Part shown: in pieces, positions 1 through 11,101 of the stretch | Layout of the letters: each line of letters begins with the position of its first letter | How positions within the stretch are numbered: the stretch's first letter is position 1 | DNA from: Marsupella aquatica | Lineage: Eukaryota; Plantae; Marchantiophyta | NCBI GenBank assembly: GCA_973895155.1 | Contig: OZ316892.1 | Location: forward strand, 10,520,283-10,584,282 | Length of the DNA stretch: 64,000 nt | Reading direction: 5' to 3' | The notes under the pieces: generated by a model | The model's database searches: none | Told to the model about the DNA's origin: nothing | The model's input: only the letters and a program-made list of their open reading frames with translations | Made by a program: the position numbers and the translations under genes

Positions 1-3000
1 TAACCATTATGGAGGACTACTCCACTGACAGTATCACAGAGTTTATGGATACTGAAGATAATGTACGTTCAATGGAACTTGAAGATGCTCACCACTATCG
101 CCGGCTATCTAGGATTAAATGGTTGGGCCAAGGCGACGAACCCTCTAAGTTCTATTTCTCCACTATTAAGGCCAAACGGCTCAGAGAAAAGATGGAATAT
201 CTTGTGGTTGATGATGGCACGGAATTAAGGGAGGAGCGACTCATTGTTGGAGAGGTACAACGTTTTTGTGCGGAGCTGTACTCACCGCCATTACTGGATG
301 GAGAAGAATTGAGGAAGCAGAGAATAGCACGCAGGACTCTGAGTAGGAACACACATTTTGTCCCTACTGCGGCTGAGGTTAGAATGCTTGAAGAGCTGCC
401 TTCTATACGTGAATTGCACGACACTTTGTTACTTCTTCCCAGTGACAAAGCTCCTGGTATTGATGGCATGACTGCGGAGACCTTCAGGGCTTGCTGGGAA
501 TTCATGAAGACTGACTTTCATGACATGATCTGTGATTTCTGGAGGACAGGACATCTAGCTTTCAACATCAAAGATGGGGTTATTCGTTTTATTCCTAAGA
601 AAACTGATAAGCGAAGACTGGGGGACTGGAGAGCATTAACCATGTTAACTATTGTGTACAAGCTCTTGGCTAAGCTGCTAGCCCTTCGTCTAAAAATGTT
701 ACTACCTAAGCTGATCTGTCCACAACAGACAGGCTTTATCCCTGGGCGGCACATTCTGGAAAATATCTCTCTCACCTGGCTGGTTAAAGACTGGATTAAC
801 TTCACTAGGACCCCGGCTCTTTTCTTGAAACTGGATTTTGAGAAGGCCTTTGACAGAGTGGATCACTCTTACATATGGGAAACTATGAACCTGTTAGGCC
901 TCGGCTCACATTTAATTTTTCTAGTAAAGTCTCTGATCAGCAATGCCTACTCTAAGGCTCTCGTCAATGGCATCTGGACTGAGGATGTGAAGATGTCCAG
1001 GGGTGTGAGACAAGGCTGCCCTCTCTCACCTCTTCTCTTTGTCATATCTACACAGCCCTTGATGGATTTTCTTACAGCGGAGATTAATGCTGGTAGATTA
1101 CAGGGTTTGCAGATCTCCAGTTCTCTACACATATGTTTTAGACTTTTTGCGGATGACTTAGGGTTGTTCATCCCGGCCTCAACGGCCGCCTTTGAGCAAG
1201 CCAGGAGTGCTCTCACTTGCTACGAAGATGCCACAGGTGCTAAATTGAACTTAAACAAGTCAGTTGTTATTCCCCTTGTTGTGGAGGTGATCCCGAGCTG
1301 GCTTCTAGCTACTGGATGTCTGATTAGTGAAAGAGGAGTGGTACAGAAATATTTGGGTGCTCCCTTTGGCTTGGATCTTACTGAAGCACAGTTGCATGAC
1401 TTTTGCCTTGACCGGATTGGAGCCAGACTCTCATCTTGGTGTACCCGTTTTCTATCTTTCACTGGAAGGGTGCTGTTGATCAAACATGTTTTACTTGCCA
1501 TTCCTGTATATCACATGATGTTTCTGCGATCCTCTGCTTCTCTGGCAAAGAAGCTGATTGCACTCAGTCGTGTTTTTCTTTGGGGGATTAACAAACAGGG
1601 GGGGAAGCGAATTCCACTGGTGGCCTGGGCGAAGCTGGCACGACCTAAGGTGGATGGTGGCCTGGGATTGAAGGACTTTCGTAGTCATTCTGATGCTCTA
1701 CTAAGTAAATGGTTTACTGGGGCGCTTGATAGACCGGAATCGGAATGGGCCAGGATGTATGCGGAGAATCTAAAGCTAACTAAGTGGCGCAACTATAAGA
1801 CGGTACACAGGAACAACTACTCGATGAAGGATAAGGTCCTGCTTAGTACTCCTCGCTCATTTGGGAAGCTCTGTTATACTGGCCAACTTTGGTGTGCTTG
1901 GACCTTGGTTCGGGAGAACCTGGTCCTTTGTCCTGGCACTGCGACCATCCCCGGACACTGGGGGATTGAAGATGTTTTGCGCTGTCTATTGGATTTTTAC
2001 ACTCTCCCTGAGGCCAACATTTTGGGTGTAGTTAAGATCTGTGGAAGGCTGGGTGTCAGGAAAGTCAACGATTTGCGGTTTGCTCTGAATAATCAGTGGA
2101 TGGATATGAATGAGAAGATGCTCAGACTGAGGGGTCTACCGGAAGACGATAGGAGATTTTGTCTATCCTTTATTGCCACTCTTCACAGATCTATCTGCAG
2201 AGAAACAACTGGGGACTCAAGAGCAAGACTATGGAGATGGATCGATAAGGACAGTGTGCCCCTGACTAAATTTGGGCTTCCCAATCTCAGGGTGTTTGAG
2301 TTGCTAAGACCCAAAGGATCTGATTTCTGCAGGCTTAACAGGATCTGGAATGTGAACTTGCTTGAGATTGAATGGTGTAAGGTCTGGCAGGTTATATGGA
2401 CTGCAGATCTATCCACTCGTGCCCGAACCTTCTTATGGCGCATCCTTGCCCAGGGTTTATTTTCTGGCTCCAAAGCTCTGAGGATTGGGAAGTCTGATGG
2501 GGTATGTACACTCTGCTCCGGTGTGGTGGAGACTATCCCGCACATTTTCTTTGACTGCCGCCATGCAGGGGCTTGCTGGCTGGTAATGCAGGGCTGGCTG
2601 AATGGGAGATTATTTAACCGGGCCCTTGGGTTGGTGCATCTCCTGTTGTCGATGCAGGGGAAGACCCCTCTGCATACGTTACAGGTTTTCTTGATGTACC
2701 AAACTTTGTGGTCCCTGTGGCTTGCCAGGAATGGCCAGACGTTTGATCGGATCAGACACCGCGTTTTTGATCAGATTAATATCTGCACGGAGACTATTGA
2801 TCACCTGTCGGCTGTGGCTGCTTCATCTTGCTCTGGCCGTAAGATTGGGCGGCTTTCCCAGGCTAGGACTATGGTGGAGGCAGAGCAACGTAGGCTACTT
2901 AGGGGTAGGGTACAGAAACTAACATCCCAATGACCAGTGAATCTGACAGGATCATGATGGTGAATGATCTTCACCTAATGTAGGGACACATTTAGATACT

Positions 3001-3281
3001 TCGATGCTCTGTTGTTCATATGATGATTTAATCATATGCTGATTTGGCTGAACACTGTAGCATGGAGTATTAAGATTATTGCTTAGCTCCTGAATTGGCT
3101 CGGGATTGGTCTTGTGGTGTTGTTCCCCTCTGGTATGCAAGGTGCATCTGTTGTTGTCCTTTTTGGCCTTGTGGCCCTTTTGCCTTGGGCCTGCTGGTTC
3201 CCTGATCCGTGGGGTTCACGCGGAATAAAGATGAAATTTAAATAAAAAATAAAAAAAATAAAAAATAAAAAAAATAAAAAT
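1..3281 (+). mobile_element. L1-clade non-LTR retrotransposon (LINE), 3' portion; 5' part lies outside the window
   Basis: Uninterrupted ORF2 reading frame, open back to the window edge. It is followed by a ~300-bp 3' UTR, AATAAA at 3224-3229 and an (A5-7T)n tail at ~3240-3281. Confidence 0.93.
9..2933 (+). CDS. LINE ORF2: reverse transcriptase with C-terminal zf-RVT zinc knuckle (5'-partial)
   Basis: Motifs W..QGDEPSKFY, KAPGIDG, QTGFIPGR, KLDFEKAFDRV, GVRQGCPLSP, LFADD, YLGAP, GGLGL and the C-terminal CTLC-x8-HIFFDC. There are no stops over 974 codons. Confidence 0.95.
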   Translation: MEDYSTDSITEFMDTEDNVRSMELEDAHHYRRLSRIKWLGQGDEPSKFYFSTIKAKRLREKMEYLVVDDGTELREERLIVGEVQRFCAELYSPPLLDGEELRKQRIARRTLSRNTHFVPTAAEVRMLEELPSIRELHDTLLLLPSDKAPGIDGMTAETFRACWEFMKTDFHDMICDFWRTGHLAFNIKDGVIRFIPKKTDKRRLGDWRALTMLTIVYKLLAKLLALRLKMLLPKLICPQQTGFIPGRHILENISLTWLVKDWINFTRTPALFLKLDFEKAFDRVDHSYIWETMNLLGLGSHLIFLVKSLISNAYSKALVNGIWTEDVKMSRGVRQGCPLSPLLFVISTQPLMDFLTAEINAGRLQGLQISSSLHICFRLFADDLGLFIPASTAAFEQARSALTCYEDATGAKLNLNKSVVIPLVVEVIPSWLLATGCLISERGVVQKYLGAPFGLDLTEAQLHDFCLDRIGARLSSWCTRFLSFTGRVLLIKHVLLAIPVYHMMFLRSSASLAKKLIALSRVFLWGINKQGGKRIPLVAWAKLARPKVDGGLGLKDFRSHSDALLSKWFTGALDRPESEWARMYAENLKLTKWRNYKTVHRNNYSMKDKVLLSTPRSFGKLCYTGQLWCAWTLVRENLVLCPGTATIPGHWGIEDVLRCLLDFYTLPEANILGVVKICGRLGVRKVNDLRFALNNQWMDMNEKMLRLRGLPEDDRRFCLSFIATLHRSICRETTGDSRARLWRWIDKDSVPLTKFGLPNLRVFELLRPKGSDFCRLNRIWNVNLLEIEWCKVWQVIWTADLSTRARTFLWRILAQGLFSGSKALRIGKSDGVCTLCSGVVETIPHIFFDCRHAGACWLVMQGWLNGRLFNRALGLVHLLLSMQGKTPLHTLQVFLMYQTLWSLWLARNGQTFDRIRHRVFDQINICTETIDHLSAVAASSCSGRKIGRLSQARTMVEAEQRRLLRGRVQKLTSQ

Positions 3282-4426
3282 ATTTACATGCGGGGAATAC
3301 TACTAAGGGACACAAGGAACATAACAAATGAAATAGGCTCTACCTTCCCAAGTGAGCCTTTAGACTTAACTCTTACTTATTTGAATTTTGATTTTGTGTC
3401 AAGTTAGTGCCGTCCACAACAATCAACACCAACGATCCAGATTCAAAGATGCTAGGAATCTGCCCGGGAAAGACATCGCCATCGTTTGCATTCCGTAGTA
3501 CTCTACAGTGTTCGACAGTATTCTACTATACAACATAGTACAGTACTCTACACTACAGTCGAGTACTCTACAGTTTAGTACAGTAGAAGGCGGCAAATGC
3601 AACGCATAACATGTGTAGCGTTGCGTTTCGGTGAGCAAACGAACCGAAGGTCTCTCCAGCAGAAGACGAAGAAGACGGAGAAGCTGCAAGTGCAGGTAAG
3701 AAAATTGGACAATTGAACGATGAAGCTTTGCACTGCGCTGCGTTGATCATGCCACTTTTTCCGTTTGGGTTTTCTTTTGGTCCTCTCTGGACTTTTTTTC
3801 TCCTTCTCTTCTTGTAGTTTGTAAATTTGTTCACTCTGATTCGTTGATCGAATCGAAGATTATCTCAAGAAGAAGAGGAAGAAGAAGAAGACGAATCTAC
3901 AAGCAAGAGAAGGAAGGAAGGTCCCGCCCTCATCATCCCGCCAAGTATATCTAGACGGCAGACCAGCAAACGGCATTTGCGGCATTTGCGCTGAGTTACT
4001 TGCAGTTGCGTTGATGTTGGTGGTACAGAAGAAGATCGTCCAAAGAAGAAGACAAGTTGGGGCTAGGGTTTTGTGTTCTCTCTTGATTGGGTCTCTTCAT
4101 CGTTAGAACCTTGGCTCCTGGTCTTGGTATCCTTTGTAACTTTCTGTTTTGCAAAAGATCAGCCAGCGGCATTTTTTCTTGCCACGCTACAGGAGACGAC
4201 CTGAACGAGGGATTCGAGCCAACCTGTCCTGCTTGCACCATCCAGCAGTGGGGTGGATTGAGTGCTGCTCTCGTTCGATAATTCATTCACTCCCAAGTGA
4301 AAGCGGAGGGAAAGAAGGAGAAGAGGCTAGGGTGAGCCGATCCACACCTAGTCGGAGCCAGAGATCCGCTAAGGAAGTTGTGGAAAGTGTAGTCTGTTGT
4401 TCATTGAACATCCTACTACCACGACC

Positions 4427-5552
4427 ATGGTGAGCATCTGGGAGATCTAATGTTGAGTGATGTTGTGTCTCTGTTGCTCATTGTTCAATTTGTTCCGTGC
4501 CATGTCATCAGTCGGTCAGCCTGTCTCGAGGTTTTCTCTGACTATTGAAACTGGGTTGGGCTAATTGCTGAATCTGCTCGTTGTATCGTTTGTTCTAATT
4601 TGTGGCGGCAACAGGATTCGAAGAGTTCGACTCAAGGTCATGGACAGGACATACCTGACAGTGCTCAAAGCACCGCTGATCTGACGGCTTTTGTGAGCTC
4701 TCACTCGCTCTGCTTTAGTGTATATGATGCTTCCTGACATATCATGTTTTCGGTCCACCTGGTAGAATGTGGAACCTGAGCTGGAAAAAACAATTTCAAA
4801 TGTACCTGGTTCACAACCAAGCAAACAAGTGATCTGACCATCTCTAGAAGTGGTCGTGTTGTGAAAATCATATTAAACTAGTAATTGCAGATTGGTATTT
4901 TACAGTAATAGCTAATCGTAGCGTGTTGCTGACTTCGCAGGTGCAGAATCTTCTACAACAAATGGTAAGAGGTCTTTTCTCAACAGAGTTCGAACTCGAT
5001 TTGTGATCTTCTCTCGAACAGATGTCAATACCTCTGAAATTACAGATTCATAATATAGAAGGATGAATCATTGTTTTGGAAATTAATGTGCAATCATGAG
5101 ATCAGCTAGGTACTGCATGAAAATTCTCTAACGGGAGCTTCATTCTCGGTGCAGCAATCTAGGTTTCAAACAATGTCAGACTCAATTATCACGAAGAATA
5201 TCCTTTTACGTAAAAATGGACCAGGACTCTGTTGGCCCGCATTTGCTAACCTCTATGTTTGACATGTGATAGAACAATGAGTAATTTTCACAACTTTCGT
5301 TTTCCCTTTGTTGAATGCCTTGTCATTGGTGTCTATCTGGAAAGGAGTCTTAGTTTTGCACCTACGGCTGACGTACAGTTCGTAATCGTTGCAAACCTTA
5401 ACTTTTTCGCACTTGATGAGATGGGCACTCGAATTGAAGATTTGGAGAAGAGTATTGGAGACCTGGTGAAAGAGGTCGGTGTAGAGCCAGGTTCCCCCTC
5501 AACAAATCAAGGTCAAACAGATTCTTCTAAGAGCGACATTACTAGTGCATGA
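4427..5552 (+). CDS. HSBP: Heat shock factor-binding protein (HSBP1-like), 5 coding exons, ~95 aa
   Basis: Exons 4427-4429 (ATG), 4615-4692, 4941-4964, 5155-5197 and 5413-5552 splice to MDSKSSTQGHGQDIPDSAQSTADLTAFVQNLLQQMQSRFQTMSDSIITKIDEMGTRIEDLEKSIGDLVKEVGVE... This contains the HSBP1 coiled-coil signature. The ATG-only first exon is the least certain part. Confidence 0.93.
5198..5412 (+). other. U12-type (minor spliceosome) AT-AC intron in HSBP
   Basis: 5' site ATATCCTTTT at 5198, branch site CCTTAAC at 5396-5402, terminal AC at 5411-5412. Removing it restores the conserved ITK-I-DEMG reading. Confidence 0.93.
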
Positions 5553-8500
5553 CGTGGAAAGCGATTTGAAGTTTGGTGATATGGCAGCCAACAGCAGCAC
5601 TTAACTGAATAGCCTCTGCTCATGCGGGCACTACTTCTCATGGCCCTGGTTTTCAACGCTACTATCCATGGGGTAATTGTTCGTAGCAATTACAGAGAAG
5701 ATGTTTTGTAGTATATCAGTTAGATTTTCCTCCATTGGCTTGCCTCCACTTTGATAGTGGTGAGACATACTGATAGCTAGTACGTGAGATTGGTATCCAG
5801 TTGGATTTGATTTTGTCAACTACCACCAGCTGGTGTTGTAAACCTGTAGTATTAATCGTTTTACGTCAGCTGACAGGAATTGGTCACTTGGTGACTTATC
5901 TCAGGAGAAGAGTATGAACTTCTAATCGTTCGTAACGAGGATATAACGCATTCTCTTTTCAGGGTTAATGAGAGACTCGGGTTCTGCGTGAGTAAATGAG
6001 ATTAGAGTTCCTCTCTTCACTGGTATCTTCTTGGAGTCTGTGCGGAGCGAAAACCGGCCGGGTTTCCTTCATCTGAAAAGTGTCTCATTAGCATTCTAAG
6101 CTCAGCAATCTCATCGAGGGGCCAACATGTGATTGTATTAATCTTGTGCACTGAGACTTGAATCTAATGAAAGGAATAGCCCCCGAAGCATATAAGCTTG
6201 AGTGTCTCTAGGTGGTTGGTGGCAATCATTCGTCTGGGCCTAGTAAGCGTTTACATTACGAGTAGCATTCCAAGGAGAACTAGCTTCCGTCGCGCTCTCG
6301 TGATACTAGATGGAATAGACTCAAACTGAGGTAAATATTCCCCAAGAACGGTGATGGGGTTCGGATTTCTCCATTCTTGGGAATCATATTAGATCGACTC
6401 TATGACGACATTGCGTTGTTTTGATGCAACCTACATGATGAATTGGAGTCCAGTACACTCGTGGAATTAAGTGTGAACATATTCACCTATGGAGATCTTT
6501 AGAAGTATTCTGGACATATCGTCTTAGAATTTTCTGCTTGAATCACTCGACTTCTCTCCCTCGCAACTTAGTTCAGTCACCAACTTTAGGGAGGAAAAGT
6601 ACTCATTCTGAACAAGTTAAAGGATTAAACAAAAGGCAGAGTGCCAATTAGCACAGCTTAAGGGATTAAGTGTAGGGTAAAGCCCTCATTGCAGGTGTTC
6701 TCCAGAATCCATAGTAGAGGATCTTTCATTTGGGCATTCCTCGACACAGAGTGCTCTGCCATGCGTAGAATCTTGTCAGGAGTTTTATAAATTTAGGCGA
6801 AGTCAAAATGGAATGCACTTGACAGGTTGTAGGGATTTCTGCCATAACTGAATGCATCTTGCCTCGTTTCCTTGAGCATAGCTTGCTATGATAATAATCC
6901 CCACTAGGCTGCTCACTCACCACCCCAGTGGTAACATGGTTTGCAATCTTCAATCATCGCAAAGATTTCTTTACTTGCTTCCAGGCTTTTGCAAATGGTC
7001 ATTTTCAAATTTCCCCACAAAGAGGTTTTCTCAGTCTACTTTTCTGGTGTTTCATTGACACCAAGCCAAAACATGTATTCACTGCCTAGTTCAATTTAAT
7101 GAACTACAGTAGTTTTCTATTATCAAGTCCAGATATTGATACAGGAGAAGTATTTTTACTAAAATGGTAAATTTAAAGAATCTCTTAGTTAGGCTCTTAA
7201 GCTTATTAAACTTCTATCTACTTCTTGTTGTGGGGAGTATACCCCTTCGTCATTCATTAGTTTGATGGCCTTGAGACATTCACAATAGGGCAAATTAATT
7301 CCCAAAGGACCACCACGATCTATTTTGGTAGCAAACTTTAGTCAGCAGATTTCAGTGACATTGGTACAACATGACATGTGGATCGTTACCTTAGGCTTTG
7401 TCACTACAATAGATGTGGATCGGACTTAGCTAAGACTTAGCCAACATTTTTCAGCAGGTATGTTGACCTTTAGAGATCACACCAAGCAGGTTTTAACATA
7501 AACATAATTCCTTAAGTCATCCAAGGCACTTTTTTTCTTTGAGCATTGCTTGCTGATAAAGGTTACTCTACATGAAGGCACTTTGTTTCTTTGAGCATTG
7601 CTTGCTCTAGATAGAGGTTACAGAATTTGACGGGTGCTTGCAAGTATAGTGAAAGTACTACTTCCTGGACAACGTACTCTGGGTAACCAGCAGTATTATT
7701 TTCATATACAGTATAATCATGCATACAAAAGTGCATATATATATATTTTCTTTCAATATACAGTTTTCTCTGATTTTTTTAGTATCAGTGATCTCAATAG
7801 TTCACCATAGGGGGCAATCAAGCATCTCATTAGTTCACCATAGGTGGCAATCATATGTACAATCATGTATACCAAAGAGCATATCATATCTTTGGAATTT
7901 TTGGAGTATCAGTGTCATCTCACTAGTTCACCATAGGGGACAATCACCTACCTTTGAAAACATAGATCGCTGTGAATCTATGTTCCACAAAAAGCTGTAT
8001 CCAAACATATTTCATATTCACCAAATTAGAATAAAACATCTTTTTGAGGTATGAAGGTGAGTTGAAAGTCTACAGGGTAGGTATAGTGTTCCCCTAGGCA
8101 AGTGAGCAGTGGCCGATTAGGGACAGAGCCCCTTTTACCGTAGTGTCATCCAGGTTTGCGCATGGCATGCAAAACATCAATCATTCTTTATTTTAGGAAA
8201 TAATGCAAGGGCAGAATAATATTCTCTCATTTTCTGTTCAATTTGAAAGACTATTTATAGATGGGAAACTCAATGTTTACACCAGGATGCTTAAAATTTT
8301 CTAAGGTTTACATGACAGACTTCTTTCCAGGGTTCTCAGAAATGGAAGCTGGGGTGAATTGAGACGTCGTCCTTGCTATCCCCATGGACTGTATAAAGAC
8401 ATTAGCTAGCTTACACTGAAAAGGAATAGGGTCCAAGTGCAGGAATGTTTGGAAAGACAATTACTTGTGTGAAGGACTCCTTGAGTAGTTTGGGCCTGAG

Positions 8501-8844
8501 CAGCAAAGGACCTTCTCAGCTGTAGTTTTGTTACCATAGACTTTACTCATGATCCCTATTTTAGCAAACGAAACTATATGTACGTTGCACAACAACAATA
8601 CAAAATTCTATTCTCACTAGATTGTGACAAGGCAAAAAAATCAGGTTTGGGCACAGGTAATTGATGCTACAGAACACCCCGTAAATTAATTGAAACATGG
8701 TGCAAGTGGTCAGGAGACCCTTTCCAGATCTCATTTGAGTCAAAAGTGTAAAAGATGCTAGCTGAGTCTATTTTAGAAGTTCTGAGGATCTCCATCCAAG
8801 TTTCGAAACCATTCTTTTGTCCATTCGAGCTTAAGTTTTAAGGT

Positions 8845-9735
8845 TCACAAGGACCACAACATATTTTGTTAGTAGAGCCTGACATCTTAGTAATTATTTT
8901 ACTTTGGTCTAGTGCTGGGTCCTTCTTGTGGCACAAGGTAAGTTGGTAGTCAACTGGTGAGATGGGCTCCCAACTTTGACCCTTTGTGGGCTTCACACAC
9001 AATCCCTCTGTCCATCCAGGTTAAGCTTCAGGTTTCACAAGGACCCCAACATATGTTATTAGTAGGGTCCAAAATTTAATAATTATTTTACTTGGATGCA
9101 TTGCTGGTTGCGCCACAAGGTAGAGTCGCTAATCAACTGGTTATGACCCCAACATATTTTGTTAGTAGGCCCCAGAATTTTAACAATTTTTTACTTGGAT
9201 ATAGTGCTGCTTGTGGAAAATGATAATCAGATGGACCACCATGTTGGACACAGTGTTCCCGAGAACCACATTCTGGTGGTACATGTGAGTTTTGGGCTTA
9301 TAACTTGTTGATGATGAGCCCTTAAAAGTTTGTTAGTTTTGCACTTGCAAGGCAACTAGAGAAGGAGGAGACCTTATAAAACACAAGCTCAAATACTTCA
9401 TATTAATTACAATAAAAATTAATGTAACATAATTTACCCCTCCCCATTCTATGATAATAACTCAACCAAAATGGCCAAATTGTCATTATTCCTTTAATGG
9501 AAGTGTAGCTTATCTACTCTTCTAGCACATACTTAATTCTAAAAATTATTTGAAATTACTCACATCAAGTTATTATAATTAAACTCAAATTTTGGGAAAT
9601 GCCGTCCATGGGGGTTTTCAAAGACCAACTTTGTGGTACATGGGAGCATCATTTTCGCTGCTTGTGGCACAAGGTAAAGTTGGCTAAACTCGTGAGGTGG
9701 ACGCCCCAACTTTGACACTATGTCATCCTCTGTGT
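8845..9735. repeat. Degenerate local repeats upstream of eIF3i, including a dispersed repeat also present inverted at ~23070-23235
   Basis: Three copies of caacatat(t/g)tt(g/a)ttagtag...attattttactt (~8857, ~9047, ~9150) and three of cacaaggta. Region 9275-9395 matches the reverse complement of 23070-23200 (gtggt.catg.gag.tttgggct.ataac...caactagagaagga). Confidence 0.65.
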
Positions 9736-9750
9736 ACAGTGTAACGCTGG

Positions 9751-9765
9751 AACCCTAAACCCTAA
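9751..9765 (+). promoter_or_regulatory. Telo-box (AAACCCTAA) in the eIF3i promoter
   Basis: AACCCTAAACCCTAA lies ~360 bp upstream of the ATG, just before a CT-rich 5' UTR. Telo-boxes are typical of plant translation-machinery genes. Confidence 0.6.
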
Positions 9766-10120
9766 TTGCTTCACTCGTAAGTCCTCTTGCTTCTTCGATC
9801 TTTCACTCTCTCCCTCTCGAGGACGATAGGCTTTGCTCGATCGATCCACGGAGATCGAAAAACGACGGTGACATTGGAAGAATTTATTCAAACGTTCAGC
9901 AAGATAGGGAGAAGAGCTCGGCCGGAGCAGAAACTGTCGACGACATCACTTTCCAGTACTGCATCAATTTTCTCGATTCTGTCAATTGTGCGGAGTGGTT
10001 TTAGGTTTTGACGTTTCTCTTCATCGATCCGAAATCGAGCTGAATCATCGGGTTTTGTTGAGTCGCCGAATTCGAGGAGCTGTGCTGTTGTTAGGTTTCG
10101 GGTGGATTTAGTTAGGAATC

Positions 10121-11101
10121 ATGAGGCCGATTCTGCTCAAGGGCCACGAGAGGCCCCTGACGTTCCTCAAGTATAACAGGGATGGCGATCTGCTCTTTTC
10201 GTGCGCCAAGGACCACAACCCCACGGTGTGGTATGCGCACAATGGCGAGCGGCTGGGTACTTACCGAGGGCACAACGGCGCCGTCTGGTGTTGCGATGTG
10301 TCGAGACACACGGAACGGTTGATTACAGGCTCGGCCGATCAGAGCGTGAAGCTGTGGGATGTGGAGACGGGTACGCAGCTTCATAACTTCGCGTTCGAGT
10401 CTCCAGCGCGAGCGGTCGATTTTGCAGAGGGCGATAAGCTCGCCGTCATCACCACCGATCCTTTCATCGGAACCCCGTCGGAAATCCACGTGAAGCGAAT
10501 TGAGAAGGATTCGTCGAGGCAGACTAGCGACTCGCTGGTTGTGATCAAGGGGCCGCAGGGTAGGATAAACAGGGCCGTATGGGGACCTCTAAATAGGACG
10601 ATCATCAGTGGTGGAGAGGACTGCACTGTGCGTATGTGGGACGCCGAGTCAGGGAAATTGATAAAGGAGAGTGATCCGGATACTGGCCATCAAAAGGTGA
10701 TTTCCTCTTTGTCCGTATCAGCAGACGGCTCGTATTTCATCACGGGTTCACATGACAAGTCGGCAAAGCTTTGGGATATCCGCACTCTGCAAGTGTTGAA
10801 GACGTACCAGACTGAGAGGCCCGTCAATGCTGCTGCAATCTCCCCCCTATTGGATCATGTGGTGATCGGAGGAGGACAGGATGCGTCGCAGGTGACGATG
10901 AGTGATCGGCGAGCAGGAAAGTTTGAGGCCAAATTCTTTCATAGGATCTTCGAAGAGGAGATTGGCGGTGTTAAGGGCCATTTTGGGCCCATCAATGCTC
11001 TTGCCTTTAACACAGATGGTAGAAGTTTTTCGAGTGGTGGGGAGGATGGTTATGTTCGTGTTCATCATTTTGACGCAGACTATTACCACATCAAGATGTA
11101 G
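10121..11101 (+). CDS. TIF3I1: Eukaryotic translation initiation factor 3 subunit I (TRIP-1, WD40), intronless, 326 aa
   Basis: Full-length ORF with MRPILLKGHERPLTFLKYNRDGDLLFSCAKD, GGGQDASQVT, KFEAKFFH...EEEIGGVKGHFGPINALAF and SGGEDGYVRVHHFD. Confidence 0.97.
   Translation: MRPILLKGHERPLTFLKYNRDGDLLFSCAKDHNPTVWYAHNGERLGTYRGHNGAVWCCDVSRHTERLITGSADQSVKLWDVETGTQLHNFAFESPARAVDFAEGDKLAVITTDPFIGTPSEIHVKRIEKDSSRQTSDSLVVIKGPQGRINRAVWGPLNRTIISGGEDCTVRMWDAESGKLIKESDPDTGHQKVISSLSVSADGSYFITGSHDKSAKLWDIRTLQVLKTYQTERPVNAAAISPLLDHVVIGGGQDASQVTMSDRRAGKFEAKFFHRIFEEEIGGVKGHFGPINALAFNTDGRSFSSGGEDGYVRVHHFDADYYHIKM

Noticed and set aside
6635-6720. tRNA/SINE-like A-box sequence
   Set aside because: No B-box (GTTCGA) and no cloverleaf could be built.
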